Of a DNA stretch of 50,567 nucleotides, positions 24,701-37,129 are shown one piece after another. Below the pieces are notes generated by a model that worked only from the letters and a program-made list of their open reading frames with translations, did no database searches and was not told where the DNA came from. How positions within the stretch are numbered: the stretch's first letter is position 1; each line of letters starts with the position of its first letter. Made by a program: the position numbers and the translations under genes. Source of the DNA: Octopus bimaculoides (lineage: Eukaryota); assembly GCF_001194135.2 (NCBI RefSeq), contig NC_068982.1, forward strand, positions 67,974,162 to 68,024,728, written 5' to 3'.

Positions 24701-25499
24701 AAAAGAAGACAGTAATACCTAAATAATAATTTCTAGTACAGACACAGACTAATCTTCCCCTGTATTAAACAAACAACGGTTGAAAACTGATGTGGAACTC
24801 GATGTGATTTGAACTCAGAATGCAGGTTTATTTTTGTTTAATGTACTTATTATAAACTGTTGATTAAACAGAATATCGGTACTTGACTGGAGCTCATTTC
24901 TCCAATCCAGGAAGAGCGAAGGTCAAAGATGATCTCGGTTTCTCTGGACACACTTTCATACATTGGAAAGCCTACGATTTACACACATACACACACACAC
25001 ACAGAAGATAATAATTGTGTGGTTTAGTTATTAGAAGGTTACAAGGTTTCCAGCACAGCTCACTCGAAATCTTTCCATATAAACTGAACAAATTGTTTTA
25101 TGTACCTCCACCAGATTTTTTAAGCAACATCACCATTCTGCACTATAACTGGTGGTTGGAATCGAACCGTGCGTCTTCTACCTACATAAGTTGTGTATGC
25201 TGGTGACCGAAATATGCCAGGAGTGGTCACTGTAATGACAGTGAACGAACTCACTTTCCGTTGCTTCCAAATTTATTCACTTAATTTTAATTAACATTTG
25301 GCGGTTGTCTTTCCTGGCTTTTTTGTACTGAATAAGTCATTTAAACGATTGTTCTCATCACTCAGTGTAAATTTAATTAGTCGAAATTTCTTTGTTTACT
25401 ACATCAGGTATACTAGTGGATATTTTCAATCATATAATTATATATATATCGTACATTTGTAAACAGTCGCTAGCGTTGATGACTGTTAGCCTAATCACA

Positions 25500-25808
25500 G
25501 AATCATCATCATCATCGTCATCATCATCATCATCATCATCGTCATCATCATCATCATCATCGTCATCATCATCATCATCATCATCAAGCACTGAACATTA
25601 CTGTTTCGAGTCCTAAGACTCATAGGACCAGTTACCCAGTTTCCATGATAAAGAAGTGACTGAAATCAGTCTGTCTTAGAGTTACTCATTTACAGTTGAG
25701 TGGACTGCGGCAACGTGAAATGAAATGCTTAGCTCATTTCCGGTCCGAGAATCGAAACTACAATCTTTCGATTGTGAGTGCAACATCCTGACCACTAGGC
25801 CACACGCC
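25500..25808 (-). mobile_element. SINE family D with (GAT)n tail
   Basis: Minus head GGCGTGTGGCCTAGTGGTCAGGATGTTGCACTCACAATCG...GTTTCGATTC; (CAT)n at 25501-25587. Confidence 0.75.
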
Positions 25809-27180
25809 GTCACAAATCACAGAATGGTACTAACGAAATTAAAAATGTGATAAAATAACCCAACAAACCCCAATCTAATTTTGAAAAGAAATTAAATGCT
25901 AAACTGTCTCACAATCCCATTTAACGTACCACTTTGAGCAAACATCCTTTGATCAGCGAGTTTGCAAGATTTGAATCGAAGAGTTGTGAAGTAGTCTTAA
26001 ATTAGTGGTATTTGATGCTCCAAAGCAAAATCATTGATTACTTCATAAACACAGACACGACTGACTGAATGAAAATGATTGCCGATGGTGAATTGACAAA
26101 CCTAAAGAATTACAAGTCCATACAGACCGGAATCAATCAATAGAGTTCTTTGAATTTATTTGAAACATCTTTGAGTCACAAACAGGGAGGAAATGATACC
26201 AATTTAAATCTGCAGATGAAGATCTGCCTCTAATCAAAGCGTTATACAAGACAGATGGCACGAACATTTAAAAAAAACTTACTTCAACTCTCATCCTTCT
26301 ATGGCCGAAAAAATATGTACCAGACATGTAACAGGGTCGATTCCATCGAGGATATCCCTACTCTACAAATGTGTGTCTTTGTGTCAATGTGAGAAGCCAT
26401 TTGCACCTTCGTGTTACTGTTGTGACTCTTGCTATGACTTGTTGCTACTGTGACTCTCCTTATAGATATTGTGGCGTTTATCCCTTTTCTTTCTTATAAT
26501 GGTCATCTGAGACATTGCTTACATTAAGGACGGATATGGTTCGATGTAATTTGATAATATATTCTATCTTAACATCACAGAACTACCAAACTGAACTTTG
26601 CATTTAATGTTGTACTACAACCCCTCTCTTATCTGCTCTTCCCCAAATTATCAAATGCATAAAAAAAGATTGCAATGCTTTTTCTAAAGTAGAAACACAG
26701 TACACAAAATATGAACATAGTCCATCTATGAGACTGAATATCATTCTAAATGAATTAGAACGTTTCAATAGTTGGGTTAGAAGGGAAGACACGGGAGAAA
26801 AGATGTTACAGCCAAGAATGACCCTATAAACCGTAAATTAAAAGTATTAGAGACTGTGGTAACTAGTTGCACGGAATTTGTAACAGCCAAAAATATTTTA
26901 ATAAAATCAAGAAAAAGAATTCAAATGTTTAGTGCGGAGTTCTGACGGAAATTTTTATCTCTTCTCCCAGCAACAAACTAAATTATTTAGTTTTGTATAA
27001 ATTTTATGGCAGGCGATACTGTTAGACCTTATTTTAATCAAAAGAATTATTCAGTTAATGTGAATGTAATGGTTTCTTCGCTGTAATGGAAATCTGGCAT
27101 AAGTTTCACTTTGTAGAAATGCCATATTGATTTTCAATGTAGACTGCCAAATGTATTCCTGTTAAATACATGTAAAGAAG

Positions 27181-27390
27181 ATGGTGAGCTGGCAGAATCA
27201 TTAATGTTTTGGACGAAAATGTTTAGCAGCATTTCTTCCGGTCCTTTACGTTCTGAGTTCAAATTTCGCCGAGCTCGGCCTTGCCTTTCATCTTTTTGGA
27301 CTCAATAAAATAAGTACCAGTTGAGCACTGGAGTCAATGTAATCGATTAGACCCTCTCCTCAAAATTGTTGACCTTGTACCAAAAGTAGA
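27181..27390 (+). mobile_element. SINE family A
   Basis: GGTGAGCTGGCAGAATC...GAGTTCAAATTTC...GTAATCGA. Confidence 0.8.
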
Positions 27391-27819
27391 AAGAAATATT
27401 TGTAAAGGAGGAGATCGCAGTCGATATTATATTCATCTCAGGAAATACAGTAGGATTTTTAATTATGTTCGAATTACCAATCGCCACAGGGAAAGGAATT
27501 AATAGCCAGAATAAATTCTTCCATGACATTTAAATGAATATAACCATACTAAAACATGCCAAAGAATTATGACTAATTCTGACAAATAATAACAATGAAA
27601 CGAACAAAATATGAAATCACAAGTCATCTTAAAAGCATTATTTATTAAAACCAAATGTCAACAAACTCTAAAATGAGTTTAAGAAAGTGAAATATAAATA
27701 AAGAAAATATTCTAAAAGGTAAAAGCAAAGCAGTTACAAAATAGTTACAAAATCATTTTTATGACTACATATGCGTGTGTATGCATATGCAAATATATTT
27801 TTATATTCTTTTATTCATT

Positions 27820-28010
27820 TATTTGTTTCAGTCATTAGACTGCGGCCATGCTGGAGCACCACCTTTAGTCTAACACATTCACCCCAGAACTTATTCTTTG
27901 TAACCCTAGTACTTATTCTATCAGTCTCTTTTGCTGAACCGTTAAGTTACGGGGACGTAAATACACCAGCATTGATTGTCACGCGATGGTGGGGGGACAA
28001 ACGCAGATAC

Positions 28011-28043
<33 letters not shown>
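27820..28043 (-). mobile_element. SINE family B 3' half
   Basis: CAGTCATTAGACTGCGGCCATGCTGGAGCACC...TAAGTTACGGGGACGTAAA running into the gap. Confidence 0.85.
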
Positions 28044-28519
28044 NNNNNNNNNNNNNNNNNNNNNNNNNNNNNNNNNNNNNNNNNNNNNNNNNNNNNNNNN
28101 NNNNNNNNNNNNNNNNNNNNNNNNNNNNNNNNNNNNNNNNNNNNNNNNNNNNNNNNNNNNNNNNNNNNNNNNNNNNNNNNNNNNNNNNNNNNNNNNNNNN
28201 NNNNNNNNNNNNNNNNNNNNNNNNNNNNNNNNNNNNNNNNNNNNNNNNNNNNNNNNNNNNNNNNNNNNNNNNNNNNNNNNNNNNNNNNNNNNNNNNNNNN
28301 NNNNNNNNNNNNNNNNNNNNNNNNNNNNNNNNNNNNNNNNNNNNNNNNNNNNNNNNNNNNNNNNNNNNNNNNNNNNNNNNNNNNNNNNNNNNNNNNNNNN
28401 NNNNNNNNNNNNNNNNNNNNNNNNNNNNNNNNNNNNNNNNNNNNNNNNNNNNNNNNNNNNNNNNNNNNNNNNNNNNNNNNNNNNNNNNNNNNNNNNNNNN
28501 NNNNNNNNNNNNNNNNNNN

Positions 28520-28820
28520 TTCTACTATTGCCTCGGGCCGACCAAAGCCTTGTGAGTGGATTTGGTAGACGGAAACTGAAAGAAGCCCGTCGTATATATG
28601 TATATATATGTGTGTTTGTGTGTCTGTGATTGTCCCCCCAACATTGCTTGACAACCGATGCTGGTGTGTTTACGTCCCAGTAACTTAGCGGTTCGGCAAA
28701 AGAAACCAATAGAATAAGTACTAGGCTTACAAAGAATAAGTCCTGGCATCAATTTGCTCAACTAAAGGCGGTGCTCCAGCATGGCCACAGTCAAATGACT
28801 GAAACAAGTAAAAGAGTAAA
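28520..28820 (+). mobile_element. SINE family B (head in gap)
   Basis: CTCGGGCCGACCAAAGCCTTGTGAGTGG...GCATGGCCACAGTCAAATGACTGAAACAAG. Confidence 0.88.
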
Positions 28821-28999
28821 AAAATAAATACTCGCAAATAAATGGCAATAAAACAACAGCAGAATGCAATGAATATTTTATGTAAAGTAAAAAGAATATC
28901 AAGATCGTTTATAATGAAAAATATTATTATAATCGTTTTCTGAAGAATTTTCACCCGCACTAGACTCACGCACACCATCACTATATATGTTTGCCTATA

Positions 29000-30950
29000 C
29001 CATCAGTAATATATATTTAATTATCAGGTAGAGTGACAAATAACACAAAACAGTATTAGTTAGAATGGGTATGTTGAGGGGTTTTAAAGGACACATTATG
29101 CAAATAAAATACATTAAATACAAAAAATATACAGGTATATTATATACTAAGGAAAGATTATTATTTTTTTAAAAAAACAGACATATTGAGAGCAAAGGTG
29201 GTGTAGGGAGGGGTAGATAAAGTGTCAGCCCAATATATGGTGGGTCATGCAATTGTTAGAAGGAAAAATTAGATAAATAAAAAAAATATATCAGGATAGT
29301 GTAAGATATAGTGATATAAAGTCGATGTGACGAGTAATCGTATTTCATAGAAAAAGACAATATACAGAATTTTTTTTTTTAATATTTAAAAAAAACACCG
29401 AAAACAAATCTAAGCAAGTGGAGAGTAAAGAATTATTTAAGATTGATAAAAAGGAATTTGGTCGTGTGTTCACATGAGTTAATTCTTTCATCTCTAGTGT
29501 TAACTAGATTTCATTTCATTCTCATTATGCTGCAGCTTTCTTCTAAACATAACCTACAAATTTTATTATTACATCTATAAGAATGGGAAGAAGATGGAAT
29601 TTTCCAAGAAATTGAGAAATCAATATTGTTTCTTTTGAGATGCCAAATTTTTTACATAGACCTGTGCTATTCTCTTTTCTAGGGTCCTTAAAAGAAGATT
29701 TATGGTTATTAACTCTCGATTTATGAGAATTTTTCGTGCATTTATATTTAGAGAAGTCCTGAGTAATAATAGTTGTTTGGTATACAACTTCTTTCATTTT
29801 GTAATTTCTATCTACTACACAGGCATTTTGAGTCTCTACAATTACAATTTAAATTATTGGGTGGTACTATGGTGTTATGTCTATGTTTATTAGGGATAAT
29901 GGAGTTCTGGGTATTATCATAATAGCAGTTGTTAATTATAGAATTATTGAAGGTACTAGGTACATTTAACGAAGTTTTTTTTTAATTATAGAATAGATGC
30001 AGTTTCTTATTGTTAAAAGAAGAGATTGTCCTAAAGAGATTAGGAGAGACTGAAAATCCAAATCTTTTTTTTTTATATATATATATTTTTGCTTATTTAG
30101 AGTTTTCGAAGTTTTTATTAATTATCATTCTAGCGGATCTAAGAAAGTTAGATTTTAGATGTTTGGCAAACGATGTTATGATCCAAGTAGTGTTATTGTC
30201 ATTTTCTTTACTGGAATGATGAGTTGTGTTTGGTGGGGTCAGCTATTCTCACACAAGGCATTGGTTTCTTTTCTGCTATTCTGTTCCCATCTATATTAAC
30301 TTGAGTTCTATGGTTGTGTGTTTTATTGAATGAATTAAGTGAGTTTAGATTATTTTCATTTTTTTCTGTTTATTGGTTCAATAGTCTTATTTTTGTCTAT
30401 AATTAAGTAGTTTTGGTTTGTGTTGTCAATATTCTTGGGTTTATTAATATTAGTATTAGAGTAGTTAGTAAGATGGGAATTGCTAAAATTTATATTATTT
30501 TTTCTTTTAGTAAAGTTATGGTTATGGTGTCCGTATTGATTAAGTTTATTACTATGTTTATTGTAGTTGTGACTTCCGTGTTTTTTGCTAAAGTTATGTT
30601 GATGACTATCGGTGAGAGTTTTTTTTTTAGATGTTTATCGGAGTGTACTGATTCATCAGGTGACTTAGGTTCACTAATATTATCTACGTTATTCATTTCA
30701 AGATAAAGTTTGGTATTATTAGTATTGATGCTGTCGTTTTTATTGTACTTAATTTCATATCTATATCCTGCCTTCTGAAGTGCCAAGTTATAGTAGTCTT
30801 TATGTTTGTTAAATATTTCTTCATTTGATGTTAATAGACTAATTCTTCTCTCTATGTTAGTGGTCAGGTTTATAATGTTATAAGAATGGTTACTTTGAGC
30901 GTTTATGTATGTGATATTGTTGTTAGGTTTATGGTAAGGCTCATGGGAGG
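29000..30950 (-). mobile_element. 5'-truncated Penelope-like element (RT thumb plus GIY-YIG endonuclease), decayed
   Basis: Minus strand YHKPNNNITYINAQSNH...KRISLLTSNEEIF...YYNLALQKAGY (RT thumb), KSNFLR...SVSPNL, CNCRDSKC...KEVVYQ...KSRVNNHKSSF...NSTGL...CKLCLEEK (GIY-YIG). The 3' boundary is approximate. Confidence 0.85.
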
Positions 30951-31458
30951 AAGAAAATATTTTCCTTAGTTTGAATTAAAGGCTGGAAATACTAATAAAT
31001 CTCATTGTCAGTTATTCCCAAAATTTTATTTCGAACCGAGGTAAATTTTTAACAGTCTTTTAAGATTTTTTCTTCCTGGATTTTTTTTTTTATTCTAGTC
31101 TTGCTAATACACAAACATAAGCTGAATTTTTCATTATTTCACACCTTTTGAAAAACTTTTTAAATATCGAAACATTTGTACAGCTGTCAGATATTTCATA
31201 TATATATATATATATATCAAATATTTGACAGCTGTACAAATGTTTCGATATTTTTAGATTTTTTTCAAAAGGTGTGAAATAATGAAAAATTCAGCTTATG
31301 TATGTGTATTAGCAAGACTAGAATAAAAAAAAAACATCCAGGAAGAAAAAATATTAAAAGACTGTAACAAATTTACCTCGGTTTGGGGAATGACTGACAA
31401 AGAGATTTATTAGTATTTCCAGTCTTTAATTCAAACTAAGGAAAATATTTTCTTTCCT
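30948..31458. repeat. about 510-bp near-perfect palindrome (foldback/MITE-like) centred on (TA)n
   Basis: Left arm 30948-31197 is the reverse complement of 31218-31458 with few substitutions and one short indel. Confidence 0.92.
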
Positions 31459-34280
31459 GGGCGCCTTTATCCTCGGCTTTTTCACACATATATATGAAAT
31501 TTTTTAAGCATAACGATAAGGGCAACCTGGTTAATAATAGATTAGACCTTATGGTGTCATGCGTACATAGTAACACCCGTGCTTTTAAATATTTTCGAAA
31601 GTAGCACTTTATAGGTCTTGTGATTGAACTGATTTTGATGACTTATTATTTTTAGTCTGAAATTAAAGTACATTGCATATATTACAATATAATAAAAGCT
31701 ATATAGTATAGTTAGTTAGTGTGCTAAACAAAGTTAGTATACTATCCATATGAATTTTCCAGCCTAGTTGATCAGATTTCCTCATGGTTTTAGTAATTAC
31801 TTTATTTATCCCTTTCTTAAAGTGTTCCACCCTCCTGATCTTAGTATTTATAAGGGCCTTTACGTAACTAGCCCTTCTAATTAAGTACCTCTAAGAAACT
31901 ATAATATCATGTATGGATTAACAATAAAAACTTTAAAACCTATAATATACCTCTTAGTTTATAATTAGTATATAGTTAGCATGTCCTATAATATCAATAT
32001 TCCTTTAGTTAATACCAGGTATCGGTCTTTATAGATACAAGCTAAATAAGTAAAGAAACAATTTTTAGTTTAAATACTTGAACTATTATACATTTTCTAT
32101 AAATCTTCTCTATTGAAGTAACTAAGCTGTATATATACTTCATCATGGTTTTAGTGATTAAGCTATTTTATTCCTTTTCTATGGTGTTCTACCCTACCTG
32201 ATTATTTTATTGTTTTATAATAGCTTTTATGAAATAAACCTAATTTTTGTACCCCTAGAAATTCATACTTAGCTTATATATAACAATGCCGGTATCTCCA
32301 CAACTTAAAATAAACTGCTTAGATTATAATTTAATTAATATATAGTTAGCATGTTCTTTCACCTCAGTACTCCTTTAAATACCAGTAAATCCCAATGATC
32401 AATCTTCATAGATACCAGCTAATAAGTTAATATTTAAGTATATAATATGTATAAATATTAAACTATTTCTATGTAATTTCTTTTCCTCCCTCTATGGTGG
32501 TAAAATTTGGTATATACTCAAAAGTATTCAAAAAAGTCTTATCCTTTTGTTATAATATTCTTCTTAATAATCTTCTTGATAACCCTAAATTCTAACTTTA
32601 TACAATATAGCAATATTTTTTTAAATATTCAACTATAGTACCCCATGATAAAATTTAACCTGTATTATCATCATTGGCTTATTAGCCTTGCCGCTTTAAT
32701 TGACAGCTAACATCTTGATTTAAGATTTCCTTTGCCAAATCTCATTATATTGCTTCAAATCAATCTTGATAGTCTTATGACTATGCACTATGATTTCTGT
32801 CGACTTCCTCAGCCCTTTTCCTAACAGACACTGCTCCTTGTGTCTTAGATTTTTGATATACAAAGATTTAATAAACAAGACTATAAATTAAAACTGACCT
32901 CCAAAATACAGTGACGAGCTAGATCTCTAACAAGTCTTTCTTACTGATACCTTAATAGCTTCTAAGCTGAAGTGAAAACAGCATGTTTTTTGTCTGTCTC
33001 CATACCTTCTTGGAGGTTTTTGGTAAAATTATACTAATGTGTCCATATGTTTTAATTTAATTTAATTCTATGTATTTATGTAGCTGAGGATTGCTCTGCA
33101 TTTAAATTGATGTAATGGTTGCATTGTTCATTGTTCAATTAAACGGAGTCGCTTGAAACGATCGTACTGCATTACTTCTGGATATCCTGTTGCTTATTTT
33201 GATTATATATATATACACTAAATTTTAATTCATGAGATGCGCGCAGAACAGTGAGAATATAAGCAAAAACGTATCTATTCATCCTTAACACGTTCTTGCA
33301 GAATCGAACGGAAATATTTGACCGTTATCGTTTTTCGCCACCGAAGAATAGTTCCTCCCTTTAGGCGATGTATATTGATAACCCATATGATTCACCCGTT
33401 CATCAGTATAAGGTGGCTTCGAGACACTGCGATGATTCGACCTCGCTGCGCGTCCCCTTGGCTGAAGTTATCCCACAGTTGGACCGATGAATTTCACTAG
33501 TGCACGAATTCTTATTTATAGGAATCAGCAAATAATGTTTGTATTCATTGTTAATATGTTCTGGAACGTAAAGGCGCTGATCGCTGTTATTTTTCGCCAC
33601 CACAGAACACCTCCTTCTATTAGATGATGGATGTTCATAGTAGACGTGATGCCTGAGCGATCAGATATTCCCGTCCAAACTTACCAGAACGTATTAAGAT
33701 TGAATAAATATATCATATACTAATTTTCATTTCTTTATTTCATACCTTTGAAAAAACGCAATAGTATTGACATTTGTACGACTACCAGTTATTTCATTTA
33801 TATAAATTTTATTCACTCTGCTCTTTCTTAAATTAAGTCCATTTTTTCTTTTTTTGCAGTCTTTGTACAGTGGATGGAATCCGGAATCCTCTTCCAGAAT
33901 AATTTCTTATAAATGTACTTTTCTACAAATGCTTCAACATTTTGTTGTGCCGAGTACAAAGTCAGAAGTTTCACACGTGAATCATTAAACAAATATAATG
34001 GTCAATCCATTAATATCTAAGACATTAGAACATTGATGTATGTAGATCAAAATTCAATACAACTACCATAAAACTGCTCAGAAATTCCTGTCATTGAAAT
34101 TCTATCTGAAATGATTCGACCTCTTAAAAGTAAACTGCATATCTTCCAAAGACTAAGAACAAGAAAGAATAACTTGTGTACTTTTAAGGAAACATTTAAT
34201 TCGATGGGAGTATTTAATTCTGTTCAGGAAGCATTTAATTCTGTTTAGTGTATCTTTAGGGGTCCAATATTCTATCGATA

Positions 34281-34341
<61 letters not shown>

Positions 34342-34878
34342 GGTGCAGGAGTGGCTGTGTGGTAAGTAGTTTGTTTTACCAACCACATGGTTCCGGGTTC
34401 AGTCCCACTGCGTGGCACCTTGGGCAAGTGTCTTCTACTATAGCCTCGGGCCGACCAAAGCCTTGTGAGTGGATTTAGTAGACGGAAACTGAAAGAAGCC
34501 CGTCGTATATATNNNNNNNNNNNNNNNNNNNNNNNNNNNNNNNNNNNNNNNNNNNNNNNNNNNNNNNNNNNNNNNNNNNNNNNNNNNNNNNNNNNNNNNN
34601 NNNNNNNNNNNNNNNNNNNNNNNNNNNNNNNNNNNNNNNNNNNNNNNNNNNNNNNNNNNNNNNNNNNNNNNNNNNNNNNNNNNNNNNNNNNNNNNNNNNN
34701 NNNNNNNNNNNNNNNNNNNNNNNNNNNNNNNNNNNNNNNNNNNNNNNNNNNNNNNNNNNNNNNNNNNNNNNNNNNNNNNNNNNNNNNNNNNNNNNNNNNN
34801 NNNNNNNNNNNNNNNNNNNNNNAGCATGGCCGCAGTCAAATGACTGAAACAAGTAAAAGAATAAAAGTGAGAAAGAGT
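34342..34878 (+). mobile_element. SINE family B spanning a gap, inserted after (ATT)n
   Basis: Intact head GGTGCAGGAGTGGCTGTGTGG...GGGTTCAGTCCCAC; tail resumes after the N run. Confidence 0.9.
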
Positions 34879-34896
34879 AATTATTATTATTATTTA

Positions 34897-35353
34897 GGTG
34901 GGGAGCAAGCAGAATCATTAGCATGCTGGACGAAATACTAAGCGGTATTTCGCCCGTCGCTAATGTTCTGAGTTCAAATTCCGCCAAGGTCGACTTTACC
35001 TTTCATCCTTTCGGGATCGATAAAATAAGTACCAGTTGAACACTGGGTTCGATGTAATCGACTCCTCCCCACCTCCCACAAGCTGCCCTTGTGGCAAAAA
35101 TTTAAAATTGTAATTATTATTATTACTACTATTATTATTAAGGCAGTGAGCAGGCAGAATCGTTAGCACGCTGGACGAAATACTTAGTGGTATTTTGCCC
35201 GTCGCTACGTTCTGAGTTCAAATTCCACCGAGCTTGACTTGCCCTTTCATCCTTTCGGGGCCGATAAATTAAGTAATAGTTCAGTACTGGGTTCGATTTA
35301 ATCGAATTAACCCCTCCCCACAAATTTCAGGCTTTGTGCCTATAGTAAAAAGG
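34897..35353 (+). mobile_element. two head-to-tail SINE family A copies (34897, 35141)
   Basis: Each has A/B boxes and the family tail, separated by (ATT)n. Confidence 0.85.
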
Positions 35354-35801
35354 ATAGTTTCGTTTTTTTTTCACAGAACTTGCTGCGTGTGTTTCTGCTA
35401 CCATGTGAGAGATATTGAAACAAACGTATTCATGGTCACGTTTTAATATGACTAGTTACCTCAAAGTCATGAAAACAAAAATAACGTGTTATTTTTATTT
35501 TTCACAAAATACATAGCCGGGAAATTATTCTGGAAGAAAACGAAAAACCAGTTCTGTAACTATAAATAACTATAGTTACGAAAACTATTTTTGTTGTTCT
35601 TTTCGAGAATAATTTGTTATAAATATTTTATATGCATATAAATATATATTTACAAAAGAATCCTAAAATAATTTAGCATGAGAATCAACAGACATGAAAC
35701 AGTTAAGAAAATAAGATATTAGGTGTAAGTTCAAATCTTTCACTCAACATTTCTTGCTCTATTAAGAAAAGAAATTGGCTGTCTGGGAAAAAGCTAAGCA
35801 G

Positions 35802-36017
35802 AGCTGTACTCTTTCACCACAACTTTCTCTCACTCTTTCTTTCTGTTGTACCTGTATTTCAAAGGGCCAGTCTTGTTACAGTCTGTGTCATGCTGAATCT
35901 CCCCGAGAACTATGTTAAGGGTCCACGTGTCTGTGGAGTCCTCAGCCACTTGCACGTTAATTTCACGAGCAGGTTGTTCTATTGGTCGGATCAACTGAAA
36001 CCCTCGTCGTCGTAACC
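35802..36017 (+). mobile_element. SINE family C 3' part
   Basis: CTGTACTCTTTCACCACAAC...CACTTGCACGTTAATTTCACGAGCAGG. Confidence 0.85.
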
Positions 36018-36019
36018 GA

Positions 36020-36082
36020 TATATATATATATATATATACTTGTTCTTATCGTTATACAGACAGACAGACAGACAGATAGAC

Positions 36083-36139
<57 letters not shown>
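36020..36139. repeat. compound TA/GACA/GATA/GA microsatellite
   Basis: Direct observation. Confidence 0.9.
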
Positions 36140-36142
<3 letters not shown>

Positions 36143-36302
36143 TAAGTTCCGCTGATGTCTCTGCCTACTATGCTTATGTGTTTTGGTGTACCCCGATCAG
36201 CTGGTGATCCTTTTGCATAATATAATCTGTACAGAACCTTGTACAAATATATGGTTAGTATATTTGTAGACAGTTCAATTGCGACGTCTAAATATAATTT
36301 TG

Positions 36303-36371
36303 ATCTATGGATCTTTTGATTTAAGGTCTCTGGGTTATGGGCCCACTACACTTCCACTGCGTCGCTCGGCT
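36303..36371 (-). pseudogene. initiator tRNA-Met pseudogene (CAT anticodon)
   Basis: Minus strand AGCCGAGCGACGCAGTGGAAGTGTAGTGGGCCCATAACCCAGAG differs at 7 of 44 positions from the conserved eukaryotic tRNA-iMet 5' portion (from memory); T-arm and acceptor 3' strand are degenerate. Confidence 0.65.
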
Positions 36372-36801
36372 CAACGAGTGATTGTGATAAGGTAAATATA
36401 TAACGCATTATTTCTTAAATTGTCTCTTAGTTACATCACGTCTATTACATCATTTATCATATGTTATTTATTTATCTATTTATTTATTTCTGTACCCTGG
36501 ACTGTTGCAATTGTATGAAATATAGTAATAGTAGAATACATACTGCAGGATTGAGATGTTAATTTACTTACTGAAAGGCGACATTTCCCTCTGTTGATAC
36601 TCCGAGAGTCACATGTGATAAACCAGATGCATAGATCAATGCATTGCAATTTTTCTAGGTATCGCTTCATTTGCTCTGTTCAGATCAGTCAGCAAATTAA
36701 TTCTATGTTTCCTCAACACAGCATTGCAAACCAGCTTTCAAGTATAAATTATAGAGAATTGGGAGGTAAGATGCACTAATCAATGGGTAAGGCCCCTTTG
36801 G

Positions 36802-37018
36802 TGGACTTTGACTTTCATCCTTTCAGGAGTCGATAAAATAATTACCAGTCAAGTACTGGGGTCGATGTAATCGACTAACACTTCTCCTCAAAAACTACTG
36901 TCCGTGTCAAAATTTGAAACCATTATTTTAATGCAGTATGGTGGCAAGTTGGCAGGATCACTAGCACGCCGGACAAAATGCTTTGTGGCATTTCTTCTGG
37001 CTTCACATTCTGAGGCAT
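36802..37018 (+). mobile_element. SINE family A fragments (a 3' part, then a 5' part abutting the RTE)
   Basis: Family A body at 36802-36930 and head at 36938-37018. Confidence 0.7.
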
Positions 37019-37129
37019 TTCAAGTTCGGTGGGCCCCTTATACACAAGAATTAAAATCTTAGAAAATTACCAAATTTAAATCTCAAAGCTCATCTGTTTC
37101 AAATAATTGAATTTGATGAGTTAGCAGAG

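Noticed and set aside
26608-26829. 73-codon open frame without a start codon at its beginning
   Set aside because: No motif and no convincing splice sites; expected by chance.
28975-29012. Hammerhead at the Penelope 3' end (minus strand CTGATGG...CAAAC)
   Set aside because: Both core segments are mutated and no valid NUH or stem I register was found.
31455-31531. miR-184 look-alike (GATAAGGGC with a complementary arm)
   Set aside because: Only the last 9 nt match; the UGGACGG seed region is absent.
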